From Eledone cirrhosa (taxonomy: Eukaryota), in contig OZ024754.1 in NCBI GenBank assembly GCA_964016885.1, positions 18,724,001 through 18,788,000 of the forward strand: a DNA stretch of 64,000 nucleotides. Direction: 5' to 3'. Both the position numbers and the translations under genes were made by a program. Numbering within the stretch: position 1 is the first letter of the stretch; the number at the start of each line of letters is the position of its first letter. Positions 1-14,745 of this stretch are shown here, piece by piece. The notes below the pieces were generated by a model. It saw only the letters and a list, made by a program, of their open reading frames with translations. It was not told the DNA's origin and searched no databases.

Positions 1-95
1 ATGATAATGGTAGTAGTAGTAGTGGTGGTGGTAGTAGTGGTAGTGGTAGTAGTAGTAGTGGTGATCCAAGGATATGATGATCATAGTAGTGGTGA
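1..95. repeat. (TAG/TGG)n compound trinucleotide microsatellite
   Basis: tagtagtagtggtggtggtag... pattern. Confidence 0.85.
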
Positions 96-186
96 TCCAG
101 GCGCTGATAATGTACGTTTGTGTTAGAAATTCTATTAAGTGTTTGTACTCTGTTGACCAGTAATTCATTGAGTGAGTAGCAATGCA

Positions 187-225
<39 letters not shown>

Positions 226-1212
226 TAGAGGTAGTAACACAACAGTTAGTTCACCACACTGAGAACAATTGTTTCACCTTAGCGGATCTTATTGACCTAT
301 ATATATATATATATATATGCACACATGCATACACACACAAACACACATATGTATAAGTACATATATATATACATACATTTATATATATACATATACATAG
401 ACACACACACACACACACACACGCACACACACGCACACACACACATATACAGTATATATCATACATATATGATATAAAAGGCATGTATGGCGCTTCAGAA
501 AGCTTTTTTTTTTGTTCAGAGTAAGAATCCCATTAGAGGCAAAATCGATTGAGATTTTATCGGAAAAATAGGCACATTTAAAAACAGCTTCTAACTGCAT
601 TGGGACATTGCTTGAATGAAATCCTCCATCACCACCGCCCACTCATTATTATTAATTTTTCAAACTCATACTTCCATTAATATCACCTGGATGACATTGG
701 AATCAAACATGATTATTGCATTACTTAGCTCTCATGCTAACTGCATTGTAACTGTCTAATATATATACAAGTGATATAACAGCAACTGCATTGTAACTAT
801 ATACTAGCGAGATTATAATAATAACAACTATCTAATACATACACACACAGACACACGTTATATATATATATGTATATATATATACAAATATAAATTTAGC
901 GAGAATCGCATTTCGGCGGGTAGAAATTGGCGAAATATATATATATATATATGTACACAGTTCAAGAGTAACCAATCTTAATGAGAGAGATGGAGATAGG
1001 TGAGGAGATAGGAGAGGAGAGATTGGTGAATTAGTTAGAAGCCAAAGCGTAAAGGCATGTGCTCAATATTATTATTAATATTATTATTATTATTATTCTC
1101 TACATTCCTTACATCAAACTAAAATATGTTGACAATCTTTTAATAATGTCTTCCTTGTGAAATTTGTGGTCTTGTTTTGCTTAACTAATGAATATATATA
1201 TATATATATATA

Positions 1213-1417
1213 TGACAAGTAAGTATGTTTTGAAACAGTGAGCAGGTTTGAAATTAGAAAATGTGCTACCATTAGTAATGGTAGCACAGTGGTCTGGATA
1301 ACCAAAGATGTGGGTTCGACTCCCATGTACGTCAATACTCATCTTTTTCCATTTATCTGAGGGTTCTAAACCCCATTATCAGACTAAAATTTCTTTAGTA
1401 AAAAATAAGGTGAAAGC

Positions 1418-1420
<3 letters not shown>
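1213..1420 (+). mobile_element. Short TA-flanked repeat with tRNA-like B box; second copy at 10263-10436
   Basis: ataaccaaagatgtgGGTTCGACTCCcatgtacgtcaatactc... is shared with 10265-10380. 1213-1262 is the reverse complement of the right end of the second copy (about 10388-10434). Confidence 0.7.
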
Positions 1421-1469
<49 letters not shown>

Positions 1470-1570
1470 TATATATATATATATATACTATATATATAAC
1501 TATCCAAACTGAACCTGAACCGATAAGGTCTGGTTTCTTGGGTATGTCAACATTTATAAAACAAATTTTG

Positions 1571-1631
1571 TATTTTATCTGATGAGTGCGTACCAAAATT
1601 TTGGTACCCTTGAAATATATATAATGAAATA
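1571..1631 (+). ncRNA. Type I hammerhead ribozyme (minimal, PLE type, family A)
   Basis: tattttat-CTGATGA-gtgcgtaccaaaattttggtaccctt-GAAA-tatata-TA-atgaaata. Stems I and II pair; stem III is palindromic. Confidence 0.85.
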
Positions 1632-1759
1632 AATATGGTTTTATAAATATAGTTTCCATTTATTAATATCATTTATATTATACTCCAGAAAACTTGTAGA
1701 GTGCTTCGAATCTGTTATAAATAAATTTGTTGAATAACCAATAAATTAAATATCTCTTT

Positions 1760-1839
<80 letters not shown>

Positions 1840-2118
1840 GAAAACAAGTCATCGTTTTAAGTAGTCCAGTTAGAGGCTGTGAGTACTCTATACTATGAAT
1901 AGTTTTAACGTACGGCGCTGTTTGACTCAACAAGAGGTTTCCTTAGTTAGGTGGCGAGTTTCCGAGAATTCCCATGCAGGTTATTCTTGGAGTAATAATA
2001 GTGAAAGAGTGAAGAATAACATGGTCGGCTGCACAAAATGGTTTTATTTACAGTATTAACAATTGTTTCATTGATCAGAATACTATTCCGATGATTTTAT
2101 CAGAGACACACACTGCAT

Positions 2119-2212
2119 AAAGTTTAAGCAAAGAATCGCTGCTTTCACCCTTAACGGAATCTTCTGAAGATCCCGTTAAGGGTGAAAGCAGCGATTCTTT
2201 GCTTAAACTTTA
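2119..2212. repeat. Near-perfect palindrome of a dispersed repeat, with a hammerhead-like CTGAAGA...GAAA at its centre; family copies near 19950-20030, 36985-37100 and 51940-52050
   Basis: aagtttaagcaaagaatcgctgctttcacccttaacggaatcttc/t/gaagatcccgttaagggtgaaagcagcgattctttgcttaaactt. Confidence 0.8.
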
Positions 2213-2412
2213 ATCTGTTATTTTAATAAATAAATAAATAAATAAATAAATAAATATATATATATATCCAAAATTAAATTAAGGGTGTCATGTCCGAGAG
2301 ATATGCGCCATATCCACTGTAGAATATGCTCCAAGATTCCAATGAATAGATCCGAGCATTTTATATCAACTAGAAATTGATTGACACACACACACACCCA
2401 AACATACACCCC

Positions 2413-2446
<34 letters not shown>

Positions 2447-2494
2447 AAATAAACATATGAAACAATCACAGGGAATAATTTGTAAAAGTGTGTA

Positions 2495-2642
2495 AGCCAG
2501 GTAGGTAACTAATTAAAGTTTAACTAGAACTTTAAAAATAGATAGCCAGGTAGGTAACTAATTAAAGTTTAACTAGAACTTTAAAAATAGATAGCCAGGT
2601 AGGTAACTAATTAAAGTTTAACTAGAACTTTAAAAATAGATA
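2495..2642. repeat. Tandem repeat, 3 x 49 bp
   Basis: agccaggtaggtaactaattaaagtttaactagaactttaaaaatagat starts at 2495, 2544 and 2593. Confidence 0.95.
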
Positions 2643-2861
2643 CCTTATAAATTGATTAATCTTCCTTGTATATATTTCATTAAAGAAATATATTTCACCA
2701 TTAATCGATGGGTAAACCACAGTAGTCAAATCCCGAATTTTTAACAAGGGAGAAGATCGAACTATCTATGTTTACACAGCAAATTCACATCTGCGAATGA
2801 CTAGCAGCACGTGTTGCATTTTTCAAAAATACACACATCGTATATATATATATATATATAT

Positions 2862-2982
2862 GAAGGCAAGTGGCTGAGTGGTTAGAGAATTGGATTCACA
2901 ATCTTGAGGTTGTGAGTTCGATTCCTGGACCGTGCGATGCGTTATATCCTTGAGCAAGACACTTTATTTCACGTTGCTCCTT
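2862..2982 (+). mobile_element. tRNA-derived SINE fragment (CORE-like body)
   Basis: A box TGGCTGAGTGG, B box GAGTTCGATTCC, then ccttgagcaagacacttt; starts right after a (TA)n tract. Confidence 0.75.
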
Positions 2983-3205
2983 CTACCTGGAGTTGCGACC
3001 GATTGCGATCCTATTTGCCGAAAGACGATCGATCCTTTATATATACCCCTATTGGAATAAACAGACAAACATACATGCCCTCGTGCGCTGCAAGCAGTGC
3101 GTTGAGCCAGTGCTTATCCCAGTTTCATTGGAAGGCCACTGATGAAGGACAAACTTTTTCATATGTAACCCATTTGCAACGCCGCAGCTCCATTATTATC
3201 ATATT

Positions 3206-3272
<67 letters not shown>

Positions 3273-3336
3273 GACATATGTTGATTTAAAACTTCACTAT
3301 TCATAAGTGTTTTTTAACCTTCATATCATGTATCCC

Positions 3337-3407
3337 TATTTTATCTGACGAAAACGCAAATGTCATCTCATGATGATATTTGATTTTGAAATGCGCATAA
3401 TAAAATA
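3337..3407 (+). ncRNA. Type I hammerhead ribozyme
   Basis: tattttat-CTGACGA-aaacgcaaatgtcatc..gatgatatttgatttt-GAAA-tgcgca-TA-ataaaata. Confidence 0.85.
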
Positions 3408-3435
3408 CTTGGAACTCTTTTAACCATCTTTCGAT

Positions 3436-3477
<42 letters not shown>

Positions 3478-3481
<4 letters not shown>

Positions 3482-4117
3482 ATGTTTTCCTACATGCAAA
3501 AAATGCATATAGGGACACATGTATTATCCAACCGTATGCCAATGTGGTTCTATGGCAGGTTAATAAATTAACGAGCCAGAACATATATAATCAAGGTTTA
3601 GCAAATAAGAAAAAGTTTTAAATTAAATTTTAAAAAGTTTACTGTACCTACTACATTTACCCTTACCGCGCGGTTTCAAGTCTCAAAATAAATAGATAAT
3701 CCATGCGGAAATCCACTGAGAAGAAGACTTTCGTCATACTTTATTATTATTAATCTCCCCTAAGGTCGAGATAACATTTTGGTCGTTTTAACTGCTGCTA
3801 TTTCTAGTGGCAGGACATTGACCTTTCTACCCTTGCCTTCTATATTTACACACGGCACTAGACAAGATTGTTTCTTCAGCATACACTCTCATCCGGGAAC
3901 AGTTCTGTATGGCGCCAGTTCGTGATTTGAACTCGGGAATTTTATATTCTCCGAGTGAGAAGAACCCTCTGACGAAAGTCTTCTTCTCAATGGATTTCCG
4001 CATGGATTATCCATTTATTTTGAGACTTGAAACCTCGCGGTAAGGGTTATTATAATAGATACAGTGAACTTTTAAAAATTTATTTAAAAACTTTTTCTCT
4101 ATTTGCTTAACCTTGAG

Positions 4118-4120
<3 letters not shown>
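3478..4120. mobile_element. TA-bounded fold-back element (arms about 3590-3736 and 3969-4117); related copy at 48680-49240
   Basis: Arms are reverse complements (ccttaccgcgcggtttcaagtctcaaaataaat / atttattttgagacttgaaacctcgcggtaagg). Confidence 0.75.
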
Positions 4121-5372
<1,252 letters not shown>

Positions 5373-7840
5373 TATATATATGAATGAAAAATGGCGAGCT
5401 GTGTTTTTGCAAATAGGATATATATAACAAATGAAGAATTAGAAATAGAAGCCAGGAATATCCGTCATCAGGGGTCTACTAGCCATCATAGGTATTTCTT
5501 CGCATTGCAGACCATATACCTCAAGCTAGGGCGATATAATAACTAAATTAAGTTATTGGGATAAAAAGAGTTGGGTGGAGAAAGAGAGACAGGTAAATAA
5601 ACACGAATGGTGAGGCAACGTAAAGAGAGGAAAAAATGAGAAAATCAAGTCAATAATTCATTTTGAACATGCGAATATTGACGAGAAGGCAAAGACACAT
5701 ATTGACCGTGCGGATGTGAGCGAGGAAAGAATCTCGTACGGTGTGGGACGATGGAGGAAGTGAGCGAGAGGGTGAGTAGCAGAGAGTGAGTGAGTGAAAG
5801 TGTGAGGAAGAGCCAAGAGAGGGTGACTAGCCGAGGGGGTGAGTGAAAGTAAGAGGGAGAATGAGAGAGAAGGAGGAGAGAGAAAGAGGATAGCAGTAAG
5901 GGAAGAGAAAAAGACAGGTCACAGCGAAAGGGAAAGCATATATGAATGAAAAATGGGGAGCTGTGTTGTTGCATATATATAAAATAAATGGAGAATAGAA
6001 TTGGCTGTGTAGTTGCTAGTTAAGGTAGCTTAAAATGGAGTGAGAATAAGAAGAAAGCAAGAACGGGGGGAAGTTTTCCTCATTAGTTGTCTACTGAGGG
6101 ACTCGGATATTTCCACGCTTTAAAGACAAGATATTTACCGCCCAAAGCGTTCAATAACTGGGTAAGTTATTGGGAAAACGGAGGAGGGAAGGAAGGAAAA
6201 TAGAAGGGAAAAGGGAAGAAAAGAGAAAACAACGAAAAGAAAAACAACAAACCGAGCAATGTTTCTTCCAGAGGGAAGTCTGGAATCATCGGAGCATAGG
6301 GAATGTCAAAACATGTGACTAAAATCCTAGTCATTCAGAACATTTAGGATACATAAGTGTTGTTAGTGTCATAGACATCATGTGGAGAGTCATGAGTTAA
6401 AAAGATGTTATGCTTGAGAGAGCACTTGTTGAAAGTGTAAGTGGTATAAGCAAAAAGTACAGGCAAAACAGTTATAAGCAAGGAATAATGTGGGATAGGA
6501 TAGGATAAGATATAAGATATAAGATATCTTAACATTGGAGATAGGATGGGATAGGATGACATAAGATATAAGATATAAGATATCTTAACATTGGAGAACA
6601 GTTAATGTTATGGGTGTCAAAACAGTCAATAAGGCATGTATGAGGAAAGAGTTATAATGTAGTTGGGATGTTAAAGCATGTTATAAGTGTTAGAAATGTT
6701 TAAAATAGCGTGCAATATGTTAGAGAAGCATGTGGTGATAATGTAGGTATTTGTTATGTGAGGTGTAATGCAAAGCACGTGATAGAGTTGGATAGGTCAT
6801 TTTCATTCAAGTGTTTTTGTGTTGTAGTTCGTATGTATGTGTATATGTTGGTATGTTGGTTGTAACTCACAGCTATTTACCATGGAATTATTTTGAGTCG
6901 TTTATAGTTTTTAACTTATGACTCTCCACATGATGTCTATGACACTAACAACACTTATGTATCCTAAATGTTCTGAATGACTAGGATTTTAGTCACATGT
7001 TAAATGTAAATTCCACCGAATTACTGGCCATGTTGTTATAGTAGGTATGTTATCTTATGCATTTTTATCTACAAATTATCTTTTCTAGGGTTTGTATTAA
7101 CCGTTATTAAGTTGTTGGTAAACCGTTAGGTTGCTTAATTTTATGAATTTACACAGGAAGTTGTAAAGGGGGTTAATAACAAAGAGAGGTAATTAGGTTG
7201 CTGACAAGTTGAGGGTTGTTTTATTATTGTAGTAGTGTTATAAATTAATCTTTATAGAGTATATAAAATATCATTATTGGTTATTAATTATATAATTGTT
7301 ATCTTTTCAACTTGTGTGGAGGGAGTTAAAAACATTTTAATGTGTGTGTATGCACTTACAAATATGTGTGTGCATGTACAAATGCATGAGTATAGTGAAA
7401 AAATGTGTGCGTAAGTACATACATGATGGCAAACATATTAGTGTATGTGTGACCACAAATACGTATATATATGTTGATAAAGGAATTGTATGATAATGGA
7501 GTTAGCGAGTCTGTATCTACGCTGACTCCATTATCTTACAATTCGTTTTTCAACATATATTATATACGTATTTGTGGTCAGACATACACTAATATGTTTG
7601 TCCTCATCTATGTACTTACGCACACATTTTTTCACTATACACATGCATTAGTACATACACACACATGTATATTTGTAAGTGCATATACACACATTTATAC
7701 ACATCTCCTTACTATATTTCTTTATTTTTATTTTTTATACATCTCTAAAATGTATAAAAGTATTATTACTTTTATTTATTTTTTTGCCCGCTAAATTTTG
7801 CCTTTCTTGAAGAGATTTTTCAAATATTTCACTGTTTTAA

Positions 7841-7916
7841 ATTGCCTTGTCTGAGGAACGAATGCGGACGTGTCTTGTATTCGTCTTATTCGGGAAACCT
7901 CTGGTAATGAGGTAAT
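7841..7916 (+). ncRNA. Type I hammerhead ribozyme
   Basis: attgccttgt-CTGAGGA-acgaatgcggac..gtcttgtattcgt..-GAAA-cctctgg-TA-atgaggtaat; 10-bp stem I. Confidence 0.85.
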
Positions 7917-8056
7917 TATACTGTATTGTTTATTATACATTAAATATATATATATATATATATAACGAAGGAAAAGTGGTAAGGAACCAGGTGGACCATA
8001 ACGCACCAAAGTACTCAATACTTAGGGTAGTAGAGTGGGTAATAGGAACGAGTAGG

Positions 8057-8152
8057 ATCCCGACGGCTGAGCTCAAGCCGTTTCGACGGCTAATTCTGGA
8101 CTAAATGAACATTTTTATCCTGGTATATGAATAGCCGAGCTTCTCAGGGGGT
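8057..8152 (-). ncRNA. Hammerhead-like motif with variant core CUGAGAA (left arm)
   Basis: Inverted copy of 10045-10140. Confidence 0.6.
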
Positions 8153-8470
8153 AATTCCATATATGGTAAAAGTGATTGTCACAAAGATTGGTCAAAAGTT
8201 TGTTGTTGAGACACATAATTCTATCATGGCAATTTGTAGAAGGAAGGGGTGGCTGAACCTGCCAGTAGAAGAAAGAGGGAGAGGGGGTGGAGGAAACCCA
8301 GTCATGCGTAGATAGTGCCAACTACAGCAGGGCAGGAGGTCAAGGAAGTAAACGAGGGGGGGGGGGGAGAGGACGTCGAAACAATAAGTAAAACAATATG
8401 GGGTAAATATATAGAAAAATACCGAGAATGTTAAAAAAAACAAAACACAATTAAATATTAAAAAAAACAT

Positions 8471-8897
8471 ATTTGCCCCCTCGACAACAGATGCAGAGAT
8501 CGTAATGTGATCTACCAGTGCAACGGGAGGACGGACAACTCCAACAAAGCTTATATAGGATTAACCGCATGTGACTTCAAGACCCGGCTATACTAACACA
8601 GACATACCTTCCGAAACCCGGCCCGGCGTCACGCCACCACACTTTCGGGCCACATCTGGGACCTCAAGGATAACAATATTATCTATGATCTCACTTGGAG
8701 CTTACTGTCCAGAGCCAACTCTTACACGGGAGGACGCCGTCCGTGCAATTTATGCTCGGAGGAAACTTTACAAATGTTGTTTTCGACGGACCAACTCCTA
8801 AACAAGAAAGATGAACTGGTAACTGCATGCAAACACAGATTCCGTAGGACTTACCTCGCCCTCAAACCCCATAATGACCCGGGGGGGGGGGGGTAGA
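8471..8897 (+). pseudogene. PLE GIY-YIG endonuclease C-terminus (Neptune-like), one internal stop
   Basis: Manual translation from 8471: ICPLDNRCRDRNVIYQC..KAYIGLTACDFKTRLY*HRHTF..TTLSGHIWDLKD..W..CNLCSEE..LLNKKDELVTACKH. Confidence 0.9.
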
Positions 8898-10044
8898 CAA
8901 GGGCTGTAACACCCCACTTGCCGACTTTGTAATGGGTAACCCCTGCTTGCAAAGGTAGACGTAAGATCTTCTTTTATATCTTTTTATCGCTTCCTCTATA
9001 TGTCCTTCTTCCCCCTATCCCTTCCTAGTCCTTCCACCCCAGTCCTCTTTCTTTGTCGTCGTCCTTTTCATTTTCTCGCCCACCCGAGGCAGCCCCTCGG
9101 TCCTTTGTAGCCTCAGTACCCCCACCCCCTTCCCCTAATCTATGATAGAATTGGCCGACTCCGCTTTTTATAGCAGATATGATAGACCCGGATACTTGCT
9201 TTCTTATCCGATGGCTGCCCCTTTTCCGTGCTTTCTACTTTTCTTAGTGGTATCTTTGCTTTAATTTCTCGTATATCAGTATTTATTTTTTTTGGGAGGG
9301 GGTGGGGGATTCTGAATTAATTTTCCGTATCAAATTTTTCATATACTTCGAAAGAGCATTTATGTAGTTTGCACTAGAACTTTTGTATCGTAGCGGCATC
9401 CATAGAGATAGTATTAGTATTCTTTTTCGGGATTCTGAATTATTATTTCGTATTAGTTTATTTTTTGCACTGGGTGGTTGCTGGCCTTGTGCCTAGGGTA
9501 GAAACAATTATTTCGTATTAATCTCGGGACTATGAATTATTATTTCGTGGTAGTTTCTTTAGTATTTTGGTCCCCCCCACTTGTTGACCCGTCACCGTAA
9601 GATATACTCGGTTGATTACTACTACCTCTTAAAAAGGTCTCATTATAATTCCATCCCACCCAGTAAACTTTTCTTTAGTCTAGCAGTACCAGTGAGAGAC
9701 TTGATGACTGTCATTAAGGAATAGTAACCAGATATTGTTTTTTTTAAATATTTATTTGTGTTTTTTTTTTTTAACATTCTCGGTATTTTTCTATATATTT
9801 AACCCATATTGTTTTACTTATTGTTTCGACGTCCTCCCCCTCCCCCCTAGTTTACTTCCTTGACCTCCTGCCCTGTTGTAGTTGGCACTATCTACGCATT
9901 ACTGGGTTTCCTCCACCCCCTCTCCCACTTTCTTCTACTGGCTGGTTCAGCTACCCCTTCCCTCCACAAATTGCCATGATAGAATTATGTGTCTCAAACT
10001 TTTGACCAATCCTTGTGACAATCACTTTTACCATATATGGAATT

Positions 10045-10140
10045 ACCCCCTGAGAAGCTCGGCTATTCATATACCAGGATAAAAATGTTCATTTAGTCCA
10101 GAATTAGCCGTCGAAACGGCTTGAGCTCAGCTGTCGGGGT
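10045..10140 (+). ncRNA. Hammerhead-like motif with variant core CUGAGAA and long stem II
   Basis: acccc-CTGAGAA-gctcggctattc...gaattagccgtc-GAAA-cggcttgagctcagctg-TC-ggggt. Confidence 0.65.
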
Positions 10141-10429
10141 CTTACTGGTTCCTATTACCCACTCTACTACCTCAAGTATTGAGTACTTTGGTGCGTTATG
10201 GTCCACCTGGTTCCTTACCACATTTCCTTCGTTATATATATATATATATATGTGTGTATATATATAACCAAAGATGTGGGTTCGACTCCCATGTACGTCA
10301 ATACTCATCTTTTTCCATTTATCTGAGGGTTCTGAACCCCATTATCAGGCTAAAGTTTCTTTAGTAAAAAATACGGTGAGGGCTATTCTATTTTCTAATT
10401 TCAAACCTGCTCCTGTTTCAAAACATACT

Positions 10430-10435
<6 letters not shown>

Positions 10436-10503
<68 letters not shown>

Positions 10504-10680
10504 ATATATGTATATATCTATCTATATATATGTATATTTATATATGCGTGTATGTATGTGTATATGTATGTGTATGTATATATATATATATATATATATA
10601 TGCATGTATATATATGTGTATATCTATGTATATGTGTATATATATGTATGTGTCTGTGTATGTATGTGTACATGTGTGTA

Positions 10681-10747
<67 letters not shown>

Positions 10748-10895
10748 ATATGTATATATACATATATATATATACACACATACACACATAGATATATATT
10801 AATATATATATATATATATACATGCATATACGTACAAACAAATACATATATATTCAAACACATATACATATATACACATACATATGTATATACAT

Positions 10896-10934
<39 letters not shown>

Positions 10935-11105
10935 CTTATATATATACACATACACATAATTATACATGCATATACACACGTATACATAAATATACTTACA
11001 CATACATACATATATACACTTACATACATATACATACATATACGCACACACATACAAACACACACATACATATACATATATATATATATATACACATACA
11101 CAGAC
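10436..11105. repeat. Compound (TA)n/(TG)n/(CA)n microsatellite
   Basis: Direct inspection; one of dozens of similar tracts in the window. Confidence 0.95.
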
Positions 11106-11515
11106 ACAAATTTAATTATAGCGAGATCGTATTTCGACGGTGGCCAAAAGAAAACGAAACGCAATCTTCGAGATATGCCGGCGAGCGGTCAATGGACTAA
11201 GAAGAAACCAGAGCAATTAACATGCGTTATAAAGGCCAGACAAAATGAAAACAGTGGTTGTGAAGTCAACAGCCACCGTAGCCGAAAAAACGAACAAGCT
11301 AAACAGGTTAACAAATAATTACCTGGACCGTCCCGGAAAGTGGTCGTAGGAGGGGCGGGGGGGGGGGGGGGTTCTGTGACCCCTACACCTAGTATACTGT
11401 CTGCTTTCGTTGTAAGCTTTTGGTATAACGATCGAACAAGGTAGCCATTTCGTCAACAGGTTTTCTGTTCTCAGCCGCTTACCGGGTTCCAATGAAGTAG
11501 ATATATATATATATA

Positions 11516-11589
<74 letters not shown>

Positions 11590-11593
<4 letters not shown>

Positions 11594-12314
11594 GAATAAT
11601 CGAGAATCGGAATATCAGCCCACGAAATCACGATAAACAATATCCGACATGTGTGGCAGAGGGCTCAATAATTTGGATAAATCAGAGCTATAACCATCGT
11701 TAAAATACCAACACATAGAGATTATGCCTAAAATCACCCGTGCAGCCGAAAAAGAACGACCAGGAAGATTCGGGTCACTCAAATAAAATATCAATAAATT
11801 AATAAATTAAATGAATGTAAAAAACTCACCCGGACCCGCTAGAAGGATGTTAAATCTAGCTTCTTGGGTTTCTGCAATTCCTTAATCCAATCACTATCAG
11901 CCCACATAAAAAATATATAAGATTTCTAGAGAAGGGGTGGACGCGGAACAGCTTTATCAACGAGTTTTCGTCCGACAATACAGAGAGGACCTATAGCCAA
12001 AAACGCACATGGTAATCAGCAAGGGAGAGAACCTCTATATTAGCGAAAGAATTCGGTGATGTGCAAATTATGTAAGAATACAAAATATCACATATCGAAT
12101 CAGAGTGCTCAACAGACGTGTTAAAATAAACAAGAGCTATTCATCAGTCAATAAGATCGACAAAAAAATAATCAATAAAATTAACTGGTCAATAGCTAAG
12201 GTCTAGAGCTAAATATAGTAGAATAATCGAGAATCGGAATATCAGCCCACTAAATCACGATAAACAATATCCGACATGTGTGGCAGAGGGCTCAATAATT
12301 TGGATAAATTAGAG

Positions 12315-12320
<6 letters not shown>
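11590..12320. mobile_element. TA-bounded repeat with about 105-bp terminal direct repeat (11590-11695 and 12216-12318); related to 50452-51432
   Basis: gtagaataatcgagaatcggaatatcagcccac... is duplicated; ctattcatcagtcaata and ttaactggtcaatagcta are shared with 50960-51020. Confidence 0.7.
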
Positions 12321-12376
<56 letters not shown>

Positions 12377-12379
<3 letters not shown>

Positions 12380-12582
12380 CGAAGGAGTTGTGGTAAGGAA
12401 CCAGATGGACCATAACGCACCAGAGTACTCAATACTTAGGGTAGTAGAGTGGGTAATAGGAAACTGTATGAACCCGACGGCAGAGTTCAAGCCGTTTCGA
12501 CGACTATTTCTGGACTCTGGAGTCCAGAAATAGCCGTCGAAACGGCTTGAGCTCTGCCATCGGGGTCATACAGTTTCCTATA
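12377..12582. mobile_element. Fold-back terminal fragment of the 7962-10234 PLE family; further copies at 41927-42146 and 48031-48172
   Basis: aacgaagga..ggaccataacgcacc..caagccgtttcgacg followed by its inversion. Confidence 0.85.
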
Positions 12583-12932
12583 CATATATATACATATATG
12601 GGTATAAGTGTGTGTGTTTTTGCGAGTGTGTGGGAGTAAGGGCTTTATATATGTGTGTGTGTGTGTGTGTGTGTGAATATGCTTGTAGACACCTGAATTA
12701 TAGGCATTGTTAGCTTAAGAGAACCTTAAAAATAAGGAGTGGCACCCCAGTTTGAACTTGTTTATAGAATCCTTTCTGCCTTTGTTACTCTAAATATAGC
12801 TTTTAAAGAATTACCTTTTAAAGAATTCCCTTTTCTTTAAACCCATCAACCAATGACCTCCAGCCATCCCAATCACCACCCTCTCCTACCACCAGAAAAG
12901 ATATAAATACCACCATATTACTTGGACAGTCA

Positions 12933-12981
12933 GCTTCCAGATGATTTCTCACGAATGAAACAGTTCTAGTCCTGTAGAAGC
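12933..12981 (+). ncRNA. Type I hammerhead ribozyme with CUGA mutated to CAGA
   Basis: gcttc-CAGATGA-tttctcacgaat-GAAA-cagttctagtcctg-TA-gaagc. Confidence 0.7.
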
Positions 12982-13184
12982 TTTTCTATATTAAATATTT
13001 ATACTCTGCTTTGTATTGAGTACCTTACTTATTGTGGTTACCTCCGATTGAACCCGATTGAACCATATGATTCTAGTTCCTCGGAGGACGAACAACATAT
13101 CCAGGAACTTGACATATCGATGTATTGACAGAGTGGAACACACTTCAACAACATGTTTACCTGTCTTTTCCACACCAATTCGGA

Positions 13185-13237
13185 CTGCCTGAAGAGGTCA
13201 CAGCCAATAATAGCTGTCATCGAAATATATATAGCAG
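13185..13237 (+). ncRNA. Type I hammerhead ribozyme
   Basis: ctgc-CTGAAGA-ggtcacagccaataatagctgtcatc-GAAA-tatata-TA-gcag; the 3' half recurs as a palindrome at 22815-22940. Confidence 0.85.
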
Positions 13238-13404
13238 AGAATTTATAATAAACGAAGCCAAATTTTACATGTTTGACTTACTTATTTTATTTATACATAT
13301 ATATATATATATGTGTAGGAGATGAGTTTTATTGTAGTACAATAAAGCAATGCAAATATCGGATAAGTAGCACTCTACAGATTGTAGAACTGGAGTATAA
13401 ATAA

Positions 13405-13524
13405 TATAAGATCAAAAGATGGTTAAAAGAGTTCCAAGTATTTTATTATGCGCATTTCAAAAACAAATATCATCATGAAATGCGCATAATAAAATACTTG
13501 GAACTCTTTTTACCATCTTTCGAT

Positions 13525-13530
<6 letters not shown>
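13405..13530. repeat. Palindrome built from the 3' half of the 3337-type hammerhead element
   Basis: gagttccaagtattttattatgcgcatttc / gaaatgcgcataataaaatacttggaactc. Confidence 0.85.
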
Positions 13531-13565
<35 letters not shown>

Positions 13566-14184
13566 AGATACTTTTAACTTTTCGTCAACTTTTATGCATG
13601 TTATATGACAGCTATTTTTGTATCCTTCAACTCTTATAATCTGGTTCATATGAGTTGAGTCAGGTTTGTCGGAGGACTCTCTGTGAAGCCGTCTTACCTT
13701 ACATGACAACTCCACTGAAAGGCGCCACCAGTCACGTGTGAGAGCCGCCAAACATAGGTGATTTACTATTACACAAAAGAAATAAATGTGCAGTTGAATT
13801 CCTGTCACAAGTCATTCATACTCCGTTGTAATATTAAACCATCTAAATGTGCTATTATCAAAGAAAGCTTTTATGTGCGTGTGCGTGCGCACGTCTTGGT
13901 GTGCATGTCTGAGTTACCTTTCCTAACGTACATCACTTCTTTTTATTCAACGACGTTAAAAAAACAATCCATGCTGATATATTTTCTTTTTGTTTTACTG
14001 GCTTTCCTTCCTTTCCTATTGGCCCAATCAATATTTTTGTTATCGATTTCTTCCTGCGAGGTACGAAACAACGGTGTTCGATAATTGTATTATAAAAAGG
14101 ATTCGATCAAAGAGACGAGATTGGATTTCGTTTAAGCCCACATTTATAAAAAGTACAACAGCAAGACAAACACACAATAACCCC

Positions 14185-14275
14185 CTTCTTCTTCTTCTTC
14201 TTCTTCTTCTTCTTCTTCTTCTTCTTCTTCTTCTTCTTCTTCTTCTTCTTCTTCTTCTTCTTCTTCTTCTTCTTC
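14185..14275. repeat. (CTT)n microsatellite
   Basis: About 30 CTT units. Confidence 0.97.
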
Positions 14276-14745
14276 ACACGCACACCTGGAACATTCCCAT
14301 TTAGTGAGGTTTACGGTTAATACAAATTTGGTTATCGCAGTTTTCCGTCTCCAGCAACGTTTCCTTTTACTTTCATCACACCCCTCCTCTCCTCTACCTC
14401 ACCTACCCACCCCACCATCTCTTTATCTTTCTTTCTTATCATAAAAGAACCGTTGATAATTCGATTGGTGATTTCGATTTAATTAAAATGCCCACTGGTG
14501 ACCTTAATATAGTTATATTTGTGGTAAGATGTTTTCAGAGAGACTTAGAAGACAATGCTAAAGCTACAATAATTACATATATTATTAATACAATGATAGA
14601 TTTGAGAGAAAACAATATATATACACACGACAATATAGCAAGGGTGGTGGTGGTGAGGCTGTAAATTACATTCAGAAGGCAGACAGTTACAGACAAATCA
14701 ATTCACCTTAAAACATTCTTTGTCAACTATTTGTGACCTTCATAT

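Larger units (their letters stand above)
7962..10234 (+). mobile_element. 5'-truncated Penelope-like retroelement with inverted pseudo-LTRs (about 7962-8470 and 9735-10234)
   Basis: About 500-bp terminal inverted repeats, (TA)n on both sides, internal GIY-YIG fragment and hammerhead-like motifs in both arms. Confidence 0.9.

Noticed and set aside
6251-6297. Minus-strand CCGATGA-stem-GAAA motif; similar partial motifs at 2050-2110(-), 16828-16862, 20188-20205 and 49085-49130
   Set aside because: Core or stems are incomplete; probably decayed hammerheads but not supportable individually
8571-8801. 76-aa ORF from the ORF track
   Set aside because: Wrong frame; the meaningful GIY-YIG translation starts at 8471 in a different frame
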